Assembly (NCBI GenBank): GCA_934255405.1
Contig: CAKQNT010000007.1
Coordinates: 286-64,285 of the forward strand
Direction: 5' to 3'
Source of the DNA: an uncultured Alphaproteobacteria bacterium
GTDB lineage: Bacteria; Pseudomonadota; Alphaproteobacteria; RF32; CAG-239
Length of the DNA: 64,000 nt
Below, in pieces: positions 1 through 11,221 of the stretch; position 1 is the first letter of the stretch, and each line of letters begins with the position of its first letter. Position numbers and translations under genes: made by a program. Below the pieces are notes generated by a model that did no database searches, was not told the DNA's origin, and was given only the letters and a program-made list of their open reading frames with translations.

Positions 1-33
1 TGTGCGCGTTCGCACCGCCGCCCGCCGTGCGGA

Positions 34-243
34 TTAGTTCTTAAAGTGATGGGCGCCGCGGGTAGTTTTCATAATGCTGTTGGCAAAAGATTTTTTTGCG
101 GCATAGGTCATAAACAGGGGTTCTTCCATTTTCAGCGCGCCGAGAGTTTCTTCCAGAGCTTCAAAACTTTGGTAAATTTTGCTCACCAAAGACAGGTGGT
201 CTTCAACAATATCGTACAGCATCATTGGTTTATTTGTGGTCAT
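34..243 (-). CDS. small hypothetical protein (69 aa)
   Basis: ORF with GGAGGAAG-type RBS immediately upstream on minus strand; no recognisable family. Confidence 0.3.
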   Translation of the reverse strand: MTTNKPMMLYDIVEDHLSLVSKIYQSFEALEETLGALKMEEPLFMTYAAKKSFANSIMKTTRGAHHFKN

Positions 244-254
244 GTCTTCCTCCG

Positions 255-299
255 TAAATAAAAAACATTGTCAGGAACTCTTCTGTGCTGACAATGTTT
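255..299 (-). terminator. putative rho-independent terminator downstream of yqgE-like gene
   Basis: perfect 12-bp inverted repeat AAACATTGTCAG / CTGACAATGTTT (263-299) followed on the minus strand by a T-run (plus-strand A-run 256-265). Confidence 0.5.
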
Positions 300-370
300 A
301 TTATAAGTATAAATTTGCGATTGAAAAGACAGGTAATTTCGGACTCATTGTCCTAAAAATTAGTACACCT

Positions 371-940
371 TTAGGCGTGGCCGGAGAATATGGAGAGGCG
401 CAACGGGTCGATTCCCAGGCTTGTTAGCGCGGTATTCCATTTATCTTCATCTTTGGTGCGGAAGACCAGCTCCGGACTTGCCGGCGCCACCAGCCAACAG
501 TTGTTGATAATTTCCTGCTCCAATTGCTGTGGTGCCCAGTTGGCATATCCGAGGGCTATCAGATTTTCTTTGGGGCCGATTCCAAAGGCAATATCGGTCA
601 GTATATCAACTGAGGAGGAAATGGCAATTCCGCCTCCCGGTTCGATGCTGTCGCCGCGCTGATAGTCGGTTGAGTGCAGCACAAAACCGCGCACTTTGTC
701 CAGCGGGCCGCCGCGATAGAGGTCTATCGGCGCAATCGGGCGGGTGGGATTAATCGGCAGCTGCATTGCCAAATCGGCAAACGAAAATTCTTTTATTTTT
801 TTATTAACGACAAATCCGGTTGCTCCGTCTTTACTGTGGGAGCAGATATAAATGACAGATTTTTCAAATTGTTCATCGGTCATATTGGGGGTAGAAACAA
901 GGCACTTGCCGACCAAAGAATATTTATCGTCTTTTTCCAT
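371..940 (-). CDS. yqgE: YqgE/AlgH family protein (UPF0301)
   Basis: 189-aa ORF; conserved length and motifs (GGPL..HS.., LG.A.W..GQLE) of the YqgE/AlgH family. Confidence 0.7.
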   Translation of the reverse strand: MEKDDKYSLVGKCLVSTPNMTDEQFEKSVIYICSHSKDGATGFVVNKKIKEFSFADLAMQLPINPTRPIAPIDLYRGGPLDKVRGFVLHSTDYQRGDSIEPGGGIAISSSVDILTDIAFGIGPKENLIALGYANWAPQQLEQEIINNCWLVAPASPELVFRTKDEDKWNTALTSLGIDPLRLSIFSGHA

Positions 941-1028
941 TTTATTTCCGCATTAAGTAACACAACACTTGTATTCTAACATAATATATCGTAATTTAAA
1001 AACAATTTTTTTAGTTTGGCTCAGATAT

Positions 1029-3686
1029 ATGACACATTTTTTCAAATTGTTAATTTTGGCGCTTAGTCTGCTTTTTTCGGCGGAACGCTTGGCTTATGCC
1101 GCAGAAGGCGGCAAAATCATTCTGGATTTGCAAGAAGATGTCTCGGAAGAAATATATGATTATCCTAAATTATATCAAGAGTATTTGCGAGAGCTTGAGG
1201 TCTTTGATAAAAAATATGCCGGAGAACAGATAAACGAGAATTTTAGTGACGATGTGGCCGAGATACATCCGGAATATACCGAATCTCAGGTAAAGATGAA
1301 AACCGCCGCACTCAGATACGGCATTCAATTGCGGCGCTCATACAACCTGATGCGGCAGGAGCTGCAAAAATTATTGTTGGATAACGATATTCCGCTAAGC
1401 TTTGATGATGACGAATACGAGATGGGCGGTCCTGAGGAATATCAGCCGACTGACCAGCCGCTGATAATTAAAAGATTCAAAAAGGTTGTGGCTTATTCCG
1501 ATTCGGCGCGAGATCAGGCCGCTGCCGCAGAAAAAGCCGCCCGCGATGCCGGATTAGAAACACCTTACGAACGCCGGCAAGTTCTAAAAAAAGCGCTCTT
1601 GGAAGGGGACTGGAAAACCCTGATAACTCATGGCTTATTTGAGGGTAAAAATTTTGCCGATAACCGCGGTGTCGGCGAATGGGCTAAAACACCGGAGCTG
1701 CAAGCTCGTTTAGTGAGCGAGGTTAAGGAAATTGCCGGAGAAAAAGTCAGCGGCGCCTTGCAGCTCTATCCGGTTCGAGGCTGGTTTTTGCTACAGCGTG
1801 ACTATGCCGGACACTCCGGATTAACAATAGATTTTGCCGATGCAAAAAATCTGCGCGACATAAAATTGAGTCTGCCGCTGCCCCGCCGCTTGTATCTGCA
1901 AAATCAAGACAGTGTGGTTGGCTATCCCGAGCAGATAACCGCGCCGTTTGTGGCCGAAGTTGAGGATTGCGGGCAGCCGTTGTTGCTTAAGGCCGATATA
2001 AAAGCGGTGTTGTGTCGCGATACACACGATTGCCGCAAGGTTGCATTGCAGCCGCAACTTGAACTGAACAGTGCAAAAACAGCAGAGCCTTCAAGGGTTG
2101 CCGTCGGCTTGAGATACCTCAAAAACTTTGCGCCGCAGGCAGACAACCAGAAACTGCGTTTGGAGCGGCTGGTGGTGGAAGACAGAATCCCGCAAGTGTT
2201 GCGGCTGGAGGCTGAGGCATATAAGACTCCCGCGGTGTTTACTGCCTATATTGAGGGGGAGGGAGCAGAAAAGTTTGCTCCGCCTTATGTGGTGATTGAT
2301 GGCAAAAAAATTACTGCCCGATTTACCGCTCTTGATAAAGATGCCGATTTCGCCGGACAGGAGCTGAGCATTGCGGCTGGAATTGCGCCTGAGATATCAA
2401 CAAGACAGGTCTTGAGGGCAGAAGAACCGATTGTTCCGGATAAAGCCGACGGACAAATAAGGCTTTTGCTTAGAGCATTTATCGGCGGTGTGTTGCTAAA
2501 TCTGCTACCGTGCGGTTTTCCGATTTTGGCGTTGTGGATAATGAGTTTGGTCAAATTCGGCGCAGTCAAAGATGATGCAGTTCGCAAAGAGAGCCTAAGT
2601 TTATTGGCGGGGCTGTCAATTGCGGCATTTGTTCTAACCGGTGCCTTGGTTGCCGGCAAAATATCAGAACATCCTCTGGAATGGGGAATGCAATTTAATT
2701 CTGCCGGATTTCTGATTCTTGTGATGTTGTCAATAGTGCTTTTTATGGCGCAAAGGTGGGGCTTGCTAAGTCTGGCGGTGCCGGTGTTCGCCCAAAAGAA
2801 AGGCAAATTCCATTTTGGACGATTGACAATTTGTTTTTGCGGCGGAGCGCTGCTGGTGGTGTTGGCAGCAGCCGCTACAGCTCCGTATTTGAGCGAGGCT
2901 CTGAATGAGGCTTTTGCCGGAAGCTGGGAGCAAATTGCCTCGGTAATGTTCTGCGGCGCAATTGGTGCCGGTTTGCCTTATGCCTTGTTTGCCATTTTGC
3001 CACAAAGCGCGTATTTTATTCCTCCTCCGGGAAAATGGCTGCGATACGGCAGTGTTTTGGTGGTGTCGGCCTTGTTTGCCGGTCTGCTGCGCTTAATATT
3101 TTTGCTGACATCATGCTGCGGAGCCGCTATTTTGGGGGCGCTTGTTTTGCTGATTGCGGTTACTTGGCTGGTGTTGTACATCCGTAGTCTGGCACTGGAA
3201 AATTTGGAAGAACGGGGCAACGATGCCCAACTATATGGAATTGTGCGCAAAATTATTGATGTCATCGCTGTGCTGGTTTTGGCGATAACGCTGATATGGT
3301 GTTGCAATAGAGCAATGCACTTGGCTTCCGTCAAGGAGGAATCAACTTCTGTTGTGGATTATGCTCAGATAGAAACAGATTTGCGGCAAGGACATAAGGT
3401 TTTGCTCAAAGTAAGCGCAGACTGGTGTTTGAGCTGCCGCTATAATGAGATTTTTGCCTTTTCTTCTCCGCAGGTGCAAAATATTTTGACCTCAAAAGAT
3501 ATTGTGGTTTGGGAGCAAAATCAGCGGGTTTCTAATCCCAAAATCAACCGCCTGATGTCTGAATATAATCGTTATAGATTGCCGTTTTATATCCTTTTTG
3601 CGCCGGATTTTCCGCAGGGAATGGTTCTGCCCGAGAGCCTAAGCGGACAAAATCTGCAGTATATATTAGAAAACTTTAGCCGTTAG
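1029..3686 (+). CDS. DsbD/ScsB-family thiol:disulfide interchange protein with a long N-terminal periplasmic extension
   Basis: signal peptide ([24 protein letters not shown]); central polytopic membrane domain with the DsbD/Ccd[10 protein letters not shown] motif; C-terminal thioredoxin-like domain with WCLSC (CxxC). Start taken at the signal-peptide Met rather than the ORF-track Met. Confidence 0.65.
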   Translation: MTHFFKLLILALSLLFSAERLAYAAEGGKIILDLQEDVSEEIYDYPKLYQEYLRELEVFDKKYAGEQINENFSDDVAEIHPEYTESQVKMKTAALRYGIQLRRSYNLMRQELQKLLLDNDIPLSFDDDEYEMGGPEEYQPTDQPLIIKRFKKVVAYSDSARDQAAAAEKAARDAGLETPYERRQVLKKALLEGDWKTLITHGLFEGKNFADNRGVGEWAKTPELQARLVSEVKEIAGEKVSGALQLYPVRGWFLLQRDYAGHSGLTIDFADAKNLRDIKLSLPLPRRLYLQNQDSVVGYPEQITAPFVAEVEDCGQPLLLKADIKAVLCRDTHDCRKVALQPQLELNSAKTAEPSRVAVGLRYLKNFAPQADNQKLRLERLVVEDRIPQVLRLEAEAYKTPAVFTAYIEGEGAEKFAPPYVVIDGKKITARFTALDKDADFAGQELSIAAGIAPEISTRQVLRAEEPIVPDKADGQIRLLLRAFIGGVLLNLLPCGFPILALWIMSLVKFGAVKDDAVRKESLSLLAGLSIAAFVLTGALVAGKISEHPLEWGMQFNSAGFLILVMLSIVLFMAQRWGLLSLAVPVFAQKKGKFHFGRLTICFCGGALLVVLAAAATAPYLSEALNEAFAGSWEQIASVMFCGAIGAGLPYALFAILPQSAYFIPPPGKWLRYGSVLVVSALFAGLLRLIFLLTSCCGAAILGALVLLIAVTWLVLYIRSLALENLEERGNDAQLYGIVRKIIDVIAVLVLAITLIWCCNRAMHLASVKEESTSVVDYAQIETDLRQGHKVLLKVSADWCLSCRYNEIFAFSSPQVQNILTSKDIVVWEQNQRVSNPKINRLMSEYNRYRLPFYILFAPDFPQGMVLPESLSGQNLQYILENFSR

Positions 3687-4128
3687 CTTGGGGCAGGTGG
3701 GCTTTGGCCTGTTCGCGAGCCAATTGATCAACCCGTTCATTTTCTGGGTGGCCGTTATGCCCTTTTACCCATACCCATTTTATGGCATGCAAAGGTAGCA
3801 GAGCATCAAGCTCCTGCCAAAGATCTATGTTTTTGACTGCAGATTTTTTGTTGGTGGTTTTCCAGCCGTTTCTCTTCCAGTTCGGCAGCCACTGGTTAAC
3901 CCCGTCCATAACATAGCGGCTGTCGGTATACAGAGTGATGCTGCATTCTTTTTTGAGTGCTTTGAGCGCCGAGATTACGGCTTGCAGCTCCATACGATTG
4001 TTGGTGGTGGCGGCATCTCCTCCCGAGAGTTCTTTTTCAACCTTGCCGCTACGCAGAATCACACCCCAACCGCCGGCTCCCGGATTACCGGAGCAGGCTC
4101 CGTCGGTATAAATTTCCACTTCTGGCAT
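3676..4128 (-). CDS. rnhA: ribonuclease HI
   Basis: [22 protein letters not shown] and YTDS..V motifs typical of RNase H; start placed at the internal Met ([12 protein letters not shown]), which abuts the stop of the upstream gene. Confidence 0.85.
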   Translation of the reverse strand: MPEVEIYTDGACSGNPGAGGWGVILRSGKVEKELSGGDAATTNNRMELQAVISALKALKKECSITLYTDSRYVMDGVNQWLPNWKRNGWKTTNKKSAVKNIDLWQELDALLPLHAIKWVWVKGHNGHPENERVDQLAREQAKAHLPQANG

Positions 4129-5201
4129 CAGAGCTCTCCGCACACATATTCATTAAAAAATTCGTTCAAAAGCATGGTAGGGCTTTCTTCGCCGCGGATT
4201 ACTCTTGCCACGTATGAGCGCAGTTTGTTTTTGGGGATATAGATTCTGAAGTCATGCGGAGCGGCTTTGTCTGCGCCGATAACGCCTTCCAGCTTAAAAT
4301 CCTCATCAATATAAGGAGATAATATAATCTCAACATTGCAAAAACGAATAATTCCTCGCGGCGGCAGTCGCAATTCCGGACGAGTGATGATGTTTAGTTG
4401 TCCGTCAACCCCTGGTATTGAATCCATCTGATTATAGTTGGCAAAACGCACTTTGTTATACTCGCCGCCGCTTTCAATCGTGCGACAAGACAAATATAGT
4501 TCGCGGGCAATCACATTGCTGCTGTTGGAAGCCTGCAGGGCAAAAGATATTTTGACATATTGCTCCGGCGGATTGTCTATGCTGTTAGGGTACAGCATAT
4601 CTTCATCAATATTTTCCAGCGCCTCAATCTTGTGGTCGCCCATTATCAGCTCTACATTCGGCTGCGGAGCTTTTCCAAACATACCGGCAATTACTGCGTA
4701 TGGCGCCGGCACATTGTTGGAACCTGAACGAATATAAATGCTGTTGGAACCGGTTGTCATCAGCGGTGCAATATCGCACTTGGGGATATAAGTTGCGACA
4801 AAACCGTCGCCATTTGCGTCAACGCTTACAATATGATTGCGCACTTTATTGTGACTGGGAATAGTGCAGCCTGAAATTGCGTTTTCCAACCAGCTCAAAA
4901 AGCGGTGCACGTTTTTAACTTTGACTTTGGCTTTTGCCACATCTCCGACTTCCAAATCACGAGAGCACTCAACTCCCCACAGCACCACGCCTCCCTCAGA
5001 ATTTCCAAATCCGGAAATCGCCTTAGCCAGATTTTTGCGGTCGTCACGGTGCAGAGTAGTAAAGTTTTTGCCGTCTGATACTGCTTGCTTAAAGTCCAAA
5101 AACAGCTCCTCGGTTTGGCGGTTGATAATAAATTCATCAATCGCATCTTCACCGAAATATATCAGCTTCTGAAAAATATCTTCTGCGCGCGACATGGTCA
5201 A
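4128..5201 (-). CDS. AlbA_2 (Schlafen-like divergent AAA / putative DNA-binding) domain protein
   Basis: N-terminal ~120 aa resemble the AlbA_2 domain (EELFLDFKQ..., [11 protein letters not shown]); C-terminal ~230 aa unassigned; 1-4 nt overlap with the rnhA start. Confidence 0.45.
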   Translation of the reverse strand: MTMSRAEDIFQKLIYFGEDAIDEFIINRQTEELFLDFKQAVSDGKNFTTLHRDDRKNLAKAISGFGNSEGGVVLWGVECSRDLEVGDVAKAKVKVKNVHRFLSWLENAISGCTIPSHNKVRNHIVSVDANGDGFVATYIPKCDIAPLMTTGSNSIYIRSGSNNVPAPYAVIAGMFGKAPQPNVELIMGDHKIEALENIDEDMLYPNSIDNPPEQYVKISFALQASNSSNVIARELYLSCRTIESGGEYNKVRFANYNQMDSIPGVDGQLNIITRPELRLPPRGIIRFCNVEIILSPYIDEDFKLEGVIGADKAAPHDFRIYIPKNKLRSYVARVIRGEESPTMLLNEFFNEYVCGEL

Positions 5202-5215
5202 ACTCTCCTAAAGTT

Positions 5216-6484
5216 TTAGCAAGAACCTTTTAACAGTTTTTGCAGTTCTTCATAGTCGGTGTGGTTGTCAATTGCTCCCAACAAGGTATAGGTTGGGTTG
5301 GACGAGAATATTTGCTGCGCCAGCCGCAAAATATCTTCTCTTGAAACGTTCTCTATTCTTTCAACCATTTCTTCCACCGGAATAATTCTATTATAAATCA
5401 GCATTTGCCGAGCCAGCATTTCTGCGGTTGCTGATGGATTTTCCAACGCCATCAGCATACTGGCTTTGAGCTGGGTTTTTGCTCGCTGCAATTCTTTTTC
5501 GGTTACCAAATCATTGCAAAGCTTGCCTATTTCCGTAGTCAAGACCGGCACCAGTTTCTTTACATCTTTGGCATCTGTGCCGGCATAGATAGCAAACATT
5601 CCGTTGCCGGTATGAGAGGCGGTGAAACTGTATACCGTATATGCCAAACCGCGTTTCTCGCGCACTTCCTGAAATAGGCGCGAGGTCATTCCGCCGCCAA
5701 ACAGGCTGGACATAATCACGCCGGAATAATAATCTTCAGTCCGATATGGCAATCCCTTAAAGCCCAGTATTACATGAGCTTGTTCAATTTTTCGCGATTC
5801 GCTGAAGTATCCGCCGGCATATTCTTGTTTGTCCGGTGTAAATGCCGTATGCGGTTGCACATCGCCCAAGCGGCTCTCAACCATCTTTACAAAGTCCTGA
5901 TGGTTAAGGTTTCCCACTGCGCATACCACCATATTTTCTGCCGCATAATTGGTTTTCAGATAATTCTGCAATTGTTCTTTGCCAAAGGAGCGGACATTAG
6001 ATTGCGGTCCCAAAATCGAGCGCCCGATGGCCTGATTAGGAAACGCCGTTTCCTGAAAATAATCAAAAATAATGTCATCGGGGCTGTCAATTGTTTGTTT
6101 GATTTCCTGAATCACAACCTCTCGCTCACGCTTAATTTCTTCTTCCGGAAACGTGGAGTTGCACAAAGTATCCGCCAGCACATCAAGCGCCAGTTCCAAA
6201 TCTCCCTTAAGCATTTTGGCATAGTAGGCGGTAAATTCGCGCGCCGTATAGGCGTTTGATTGTCCTCCGGCATCTTCAATTTCTTCAGAAATTTGCAGAG
6301 CAGTGCGTTTTTTGGTGCCCTTAAAAGACATATGCTCCAAAAAATGAGATATACCATTGGTTTCCGGAGTTTCATACGCTGAGCCGGTGTTGACCCAAAT
6401 TCCTACCGAAACGCTCTCCAACTGAGAAAAATTGGAAGTAATAATGCGTAGTCCGTTTTTTAAAGTTGTTATTTGTGACTGCAT
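5216..6484 (-). CDS. M16-family zinc metallopeptidase (insulinase/pitrilysin-like)
   Basis: inverted zinc motif HFLEH in GISHFLEHMSFKGT; ~420 aa two-domain length; start chosen at the Met preceded by an AAGGGGA RBS. Confidence 0.8.
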   Translation of the reverse strand: MQSQITTLKNGLRIITSNFSQLESVSVGIWVNTGSAYETPETNGISHFLEHMSFKGTKKRTALQISEEIEDAGGQSNAYTAREFTAYYAKMLKGDLELALDVLADTLCNSTFPEEEIKREREVVIQEIKQTIDSPDDIIFDYFQETAFPNQAIGRSILGPQSNVRSFGKEQLQNYLKTNYAAENMVVCAVGNLNHQDFVKMVESRLGDVQPHTAFTPDKQEYAGGYFSESRKIEQAHVILGFKGLPYRTEDYYSGVIMSSLFGGGMTSRLFQEVREKRGLAYTVYSFTASHTGNGMFAIYAGTDAKDVKKLVPVLTTEIGKLCNDLVTEKELQRAKTQLKASMLMALENPSATAEMLARQMLIYNRIIPVEEMVERIENVSREDILRLAQQIFSSNPTYTLLGAIDNHTDYEELQKLLKGSC

Positions 6485-6581
6485 TTTGGTTGCTTTCCCC
6501 TTATTAAAAAGTATATATAATCTTATAAAGCGATATATTCGGTTTGACAACAGCTATTTTGTTTAAGAAAGGATAAGTTTT

Positions 6582-7268
6582 ATGCAGGAACAGGCTCCCA
6601 AATTTGCAGTTATTTTGTCTGGTTGCGGCGTTTTTGACGGCTCAGAGATTCACGAGGCGGTGTGCACCATGCTGGCCATTGAGCAGGCCGGCTGTGTCTA
6701 TCAGTGTTTTGCTCCCGATACATGGCAAGCCAGAACCATAGATCACTATACAGGTCATGCAGTTGCTATTGCCGGAGACGAGGATAATCGCAATGTTTTG
6801 GCGGAATCTGCCCGCATTGCCCGCGGAAACATCAAAAACCTCAAGGAGTTTAGTGCCAGAGACTATGATGCGATAGTTTTCCCCGGAGGCTTTGGTGCCG
6901 CGCTCAACTTGAGCGATTTTGCGATAAAAGCCTCGGAATGTGAGGTGAATGTCGAGGTTCGCCGCGCTATTGAAGAAAGCTATGCCCAAGGTTTGGTGAT
7001 TGGCGCCATGTGCATAGCTCCGGTAGTCATCGCCAGTGTTTTGGGCAAGGAAAAGATTCATCTGACTGTCGGCAATGACCAAAAAGTTGCCGCCGGCTTG
7101 AGCAAAATGGGCGCAATTGCCGAGGAAAGAGCCGCCACTGAAACCTGTGTTGACGAGGAGCATAAGATTGTCACCACGCCTTGCTATATGTTGGCAAAAT
7201 CTCTGCCCGAGATATACGATGCCACCCGCAATCTGATTGACGAGATGCTGGAACTGATGGATTATTAA
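6582..7268 (+). CDS. elbB: DJ-1/PfpI-family isoprenoid biosynthesis glyoxalase ElbB (ES1 family)
   Basis: FAVILSGCGVFDGSEIHE N-terminus and FPGGFGAA..L motif typical of ElbB. Confidence 0.7.
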   Translation: MQEQAPKFAVILSGCGVFDGSEIHEAVCTMLAIEQAGCVYQCFAPDTWQARTIDHYTGHAVAIAGDEDNRNVLAESARIARGNIKNLKEFSARDYDAIVFPGGFGAALNLSDFAIKASECEVNVEVRRAIEESYAQGLVIGAMCIAPVVIASVLGKEKIHLTVGNDQKVAAGLSKMGAIAEERAATETCVDEEHKIVTTPCYMLAKSLPEIYDATRNLIDEMLELMDY

Positions 7269-7330
7269 GCCCTTTTATAGCCCAAAAAACAACCCCCTAA
7301 TCCGAATCACTTCGGAAAAGGGGGCTGTTT

Positions 7331-8149
7331 TTACTTCGTTCCCAAATTGATCATTGGGACGCTGTTTCCCAGCATGTACTGCGGGAGTTTTCCGTCCCAT
7401 TTCTGCACGGCCTCATACTCGGTTAAACCCTTGTTCTTAGACAGTGCCTGAGATTTTATCTCCATCGCCTCTGCCTCTGCCTTAGCGGTGATGATTTTCT
7501 GCTCTGCTTCTTCCTTAATGCGTTTGGTGTTGTTCACTGCCTCTTGAGCTTTTTGCTCGGCAATGACTTTATCCTCAATCGCTCCCTCGAATTTATCAGA
7601 ATAATCTATATTGATAAACTGGAAGGTGATATTTTGGAAGAAACGGGCATCCAATTTCTCCTGCAGACCGGCAACAACAGAAACACGGGCGTTGTCGCGA
7701 TTGCTGACCAAATCCTGCGCCTGCCACTTGCCGACAACATCCTTCAAGACATCATTCAGCACCGGAATAATTTTCTTAGCCTCATAATCCTGTCCGACAG
7801 TTTCGTACAAGATATGCACGTTCTGTGGATTCAGATCATAGGTGAAAGTGTATTCCAGCTCCGCCGTCTGCACGTCAGAGGTATAAGTGGCGGTCTTCTC
7901 CGTCATCTTCTGAGTGCGGACATCAAGTTCGCGCATAGAAGACACAAAAGGCCACTTGACGCCAACACCGTTGACGTATGACTTCGGAGAAACTTTGCCG
8001 AGAGTAACCAACACGCCTCGGTGTCCGGGGGCAATTGAGTAAAACGATGCAAAAATTGTTATCAGCAGTAAAACTGCTGTCACACCTGCACCTACCCATT
8101 TCACAATTCTGCCCGTTGAAATTTCGCGCTCATCATCATAGTGTGCCAT
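7331..8149 (-). CDS. prohibitin/SPFH (band 7) family membrane protein
   Basis: N-terminal TM helix followed by an SPFH domain and a C-terminal coiled-coil (AEQKAQEA.., EAEQKIITAKAEAEA). Confidence 0.75.
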   Translation of the reverse strand: MAHYDDEREISTGRIVKWVGAGVTAVLLLITIFASFYSIAPGHRGVLVTLGKVSPKSYVNGVGVKWPFVSSMRELDVRTQKMTEKTATYTSDVQTAELEYTFTYDLNPQNVHILYETVGQDYEAKKIIPVLNDVLKDVVGKWQAQDLVSNRDNARVSVVAGLQEKLDARFFQNITFQFINIDYSDKFEGAIEDKVIAEQKAQEAVNNTKRIKEEAEQKIITAKAEAEAMEIKSQALSKNKGLTEYEAVQKWDGKLPQYMLGNSVPMINLGTK

Positions 8150-8482
8150 ATTAAAATTTTTTTAGGAATTACTACGTTTTTAGCAAAAAGTTTGAACTTT
8201 CTGCAGTCCTATTTTATGAAACGAATTTTTTGATTCTAAACTGATCCCTGAAGTGCTAAACTTCATACCTTAAAAAGGCGGGCGGTCTCGCGATAGACTC
8301 TTTATCAAAAAAACTGATATCCGAGGATATTTTCAATAAAACATAGGACAACAAGCAACAAAGCAAGCTTTGCCATTCATTCTTCTTGCACACATAATAA
8401 TTCATTAAACATATTAAATCACTCGCCACATTAGCATATTTTTAGCGGTGGTGCAAGCACAAAATTAGACAAAAGAGAGGCG

Positions 8483-9571
8483 TTAGCTTTTTATTGCTGT
8501 TTTTATTGCGCGCTCTGCAGAAAGCACAGCGGTTTCCATGCAACAGGGCCGGCCTTGCATCGTCCAGTCTCCGGCAATAAACACATTTGGATATTGAGTT
8601 TCTGCATTAAGCGGGCGCATGGCATCGATTTCTGCGTTTTGAGCAATGGTGGCATGCTTGAGTTTCAGCACCTTAAACGGCGGTACAAAAGCCGAATTTA
8701 CACCGCGTATTTTATCTAACTCACACCATACCTTGCGCGCCAAATCCGCAAAATCGGTTGCATTTTCGTCTGCGGCAGAAATTGTGGCTGCCAATATGTT
8801 GCCATTTACAAAAATCCAATCTGCCAGCCCGTTTACCACACCGATATAAGATGCGCCCTTAGGCAAAAAGATTGTCTGCGATGTCTTATAAAAAATATTG
8901 ATAATGCTGTTATGCGGCAGTTCTTCGGTGCCTAAAATACGCGCGCAGTGGCGGTTGTCCAAGGCCAGAATAACTTTATCTGCAGTACCGATATCTACGG
9001 TTGTGTTACTGAAGTTCAGTTGTACAGCCCGCCCAAATTGGGTTTCTATCTTAAGCAATTTGCAACCAAGCCGGATTTCATCGGCATAAGCCGCCAACAC
9101 GTTGATAATCCTCTGGCTTAAGTCTTGCTTGGAGAAATAGATTTTGCGCTTGTTTTTGGTCCATGGAAAAGTATGACGCAGTATGTATTTGCGAATTTGC
9201 GGCGCAATTTTGTTCGCCGGAGTATTTCCGCAAGACTTCAAAATATGTCCCAGCGCCGGAAGCAGCTTTTCGCTGACGCTTCCGTCTTCCGCGTTCCAGA
9301 ACACAGTGGAGGGCTCCCATTCTTCGTTTTGCACAAATTCACGCATTTTCTTATTGGCGCCGATAATCACATGGGTGCCGATATCAAGTTTACAGCCAAA
9401 CTCAGCATCATTATAAGAGCGTGCCCGCCCACCCAAAGTTTCTGCCGCTTCATATACCACAGAGCGGATTTCCGGATGTTTTTGTTTAAGAATCCGCGCG
9501 CAGGTCAGACCGGCGATTCCGCCGCCGATAATATGATATGTTATCGGAGACTGCTGCATGCTATTTTCCAA
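8483..9571 (-). CDS. hpnE: FAD-dependent hydroxysqualene dehydroxylase HpnE (amine-oxidase family)
   Basis: N-terminal Rossmann motif IIGGGIAGL; last gene of an hpnC-hpnD-hpnE-like operon. Confidence 0.65.
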   Translation of the reverse strand: MENSMQQSPITYHIIGGGIAGLTCARILKQKHPEIRSVVYEAAETLGGRARSYNDAEFGCKLDIGTHVIIGANKKMREFVQNEEWEPSTVFWNAEDGSVSEKLLPALGHILKSCGNTPANKIAPQIRKYILRHTFPWTKNKRKIYFSKQDLSQRIINVLAAYADEIRLGCKLLKIETQFGRAVQLNFSNTTVDIGTADKVILALDNRHCARILGTEELPHNSIINIFYKTSQTIFLPKGASYIGVVNGLADWIFVNGNILAATISAADENATDFADLARKVWCELDKIRGVNSAFVPPFKVLKLKHATIAQNAEIDAMRPLNAETQYPNVFIAGDWTMQGRPCCMETAVLSAERAIKTAIKS

Positions 9572-10394
9572 TCAAAGCCTTAAATATCAGGCAAAGCTTT
9601 GTTGGTCTGCCCAAATGCGGTTTCGGCGAGATAATCTCCCAGCCGCGGTTTTGCATTATGTCAAAATAGCGTTTATAAATATATGCAATCATTTTTACCT
9701 GTCTGGCCGCATTGGGCGGTAGCAGTTTTATTTGCTCATAGGCAATTTTATAGTCTTCTTCGGCAATGCGTGCCAATTCCTCGCGGGCAATCGCCAAATT
9801 TTTGTCGCAGAGTACTTGTTCCGGATTGCGAGAGCCAATTCCGGCTTTATTCAGCAACTCGTTTGGAATATATATGCGTTGAGCTTGAGCATCTTCTTTT
9901 ATATCGCGCAATATATTGGTGATTTGCAACGCCCTTCCCAAAGAGGTAGAAAGCTTTTCGATTAATTTTTCATCGGTGCAGCCAAAAATCCGCAAAGTCA
10001 AACTTCCCGGAACCCCGGCCACCCCGCGGCAGTATTGGTTAAAAGTATTCAAATCCGGCGCCTGCAGCGGGTTTGGCAAATCCATAGAAATACTGTCCAT
10101 CATCTTGATAAATTCAGCTTTGGGCAGCTTAAAACGCATGCAGTTTTTATAAATTTTGCGTCCGATATCGGTAGTTGGAACCTTTTTGTCATAGATGTTG
10201 TCAAGCTCTTTGCGCCATGCTTTAAGCAGTTCCTGTTTTTCTTCAATCGGAGCATCGCCGTCAACAATATCGTCGATATGCCTAAAAAAAGCATAAATTG
10301 TGTACATGGCCTGACGTTTTGCCAGAGGCAACAGCCGCATACTCCAGAAAAAAGAAGTTCCGGATTTTTTGACCATTTTTTTTATATTTTTCAT
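9561..10394 (-). CDS. hpnD: presqualene diphosphate synthase HpnD (squalene/phytoene synthase family)
   Basis: SQS/PSY family motifs (AFFRHIDDIVD, DxxED-like region); start trimmed to MKNIKK.. where it abuts the hpnC stop. Confidence 0.7.
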   Translation of the reverse strand: MKNIKKMVKKSGTSFFWSMRLLPLAKRQAMYTIYAFFRHIDDIVDGDAPIEEKQELLKAWRKELDNIYDKKVPTTDIGRKIYKNCMRFKLPKAEFIKMMDSISMDLPNPLQAPDLNTFNQYCRGVAGVPGSLTLRIFGCTDEKLIEKLSTSLGRALQITNILRDIKEDAQAQRIYIPNELLNKAGIGSRNPEQVLCDKNLAIAREELARIAEEDYKIAYEQIKLLPPNAARQVKMIAYIYKRYFDIMQNRGWEIISPKPHLGRPTKLCLIFKALIGK

Positions 10395-11221
10395 TTGTGA
10401 CTGCGGTTGCACGATTTTGTCCTTGCAAATATGCCTTTCAAAGAGCCCCAAACTAAGGCCGCGCACCAATCAAAGCGGTTTAAGCGGATTGGCGAGGCAA
10501 CAATATCTTTCTGTTCTATCTTTTTTAGCACGAAATTGGTTAAGGAAAAGATAACGCCCAATTCTGCCTTCAGCCGCAAACTGCGCACCAAACACGGCAA
10601 AACCACGGCATCTTGCAACATTGCGCGCAGCCGCCGGCAGATTTCATACTTAAGCGCCCGCAATTGCGGTGTTTCTGCGCTCAAATACAAGTCACTCTTC
10701 GCCACGCCATATTGTTTCAGCATATCTTGCGGCATATAACAACGCTGCAGGCTGCACATATCGGTTTTTAGATCCTGCAGATGATTGCTTATCTGCAAAA
10801 CTGCGCATAATGTTTCTGCAGGCAGATAGGTGGAGGGGTTTTCATTGTGGATTGCCAGCATAAAACGCCCCACCGGCGCCGCGGAATAGCGGCAATAATC
10901 AAGTAACTGCTCCCAAATTTCGATTGTTTCTTCTCGGGCGTCTCGTCGGAATGCGGCCAGCAAGTCTGTATATAAGCTGCTGTCCAGATTCTCAGCGGCA
11001 AATAGCTCTCCGAGTTTGCCGGCAATACTGTCTGTTTGGGCAAAAAAATCTTTTTCGGCTTGCATCAGCAGGCGCAGCTTTTCTTCTGCCTCAATCTCTG
11101 GATTATCGGCAATATCATCTGCCTGCCGTGCCGCCTGATAATAGAGCTGCACCCAAGGCTTAAGCGGAGCCGATACCAGCATTCCCACCGAAAAATTCTC
11201 ATCTTTTGCGGTTTTGCTCAT
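10391..11221 (-). CDS. hpnC: squalene synthase HpnC
   Basis: squalene/phytoene synthase fold with [15 protein letters not shown] (aspartate-rich motif); start placed at [12 protein letters not shown] so that it does not run into trmFO. Confidence 0.7.
   Translation of the reverse strand: MSKTAKDENFSVGMLVSAPLKPWVQLYYQAARQADDIADNPEIEAEEKLRLLMQAEKDFFAQTDSIAGKLGELFAAENLDSSLYTDLLAAFRRDAREETIEIWEQLLDYCRYSAAPVGRFMLAIHNENPSTYLPAETLCAVLQISNHLQDLKTDMCSLQRCYMPQDMLKQYGVAKSDLYLSAETPQLRALKYEICRRLRAMLQDAVVLPCLVRSLRLKAELGVIFSLTNFVLKKIEQKDIVASPIRLNRFDWCAALVWGSLKGIFARTKSCNRSHK

Noticed and set aside
1821-3334. Several 70-170-aa minus-strand ORFs inside the dsbD-like gene
   Set aside because: All are antisense to a long coherent plus-strand CDS with a signal peptide, TM core and thioredoxin domain.
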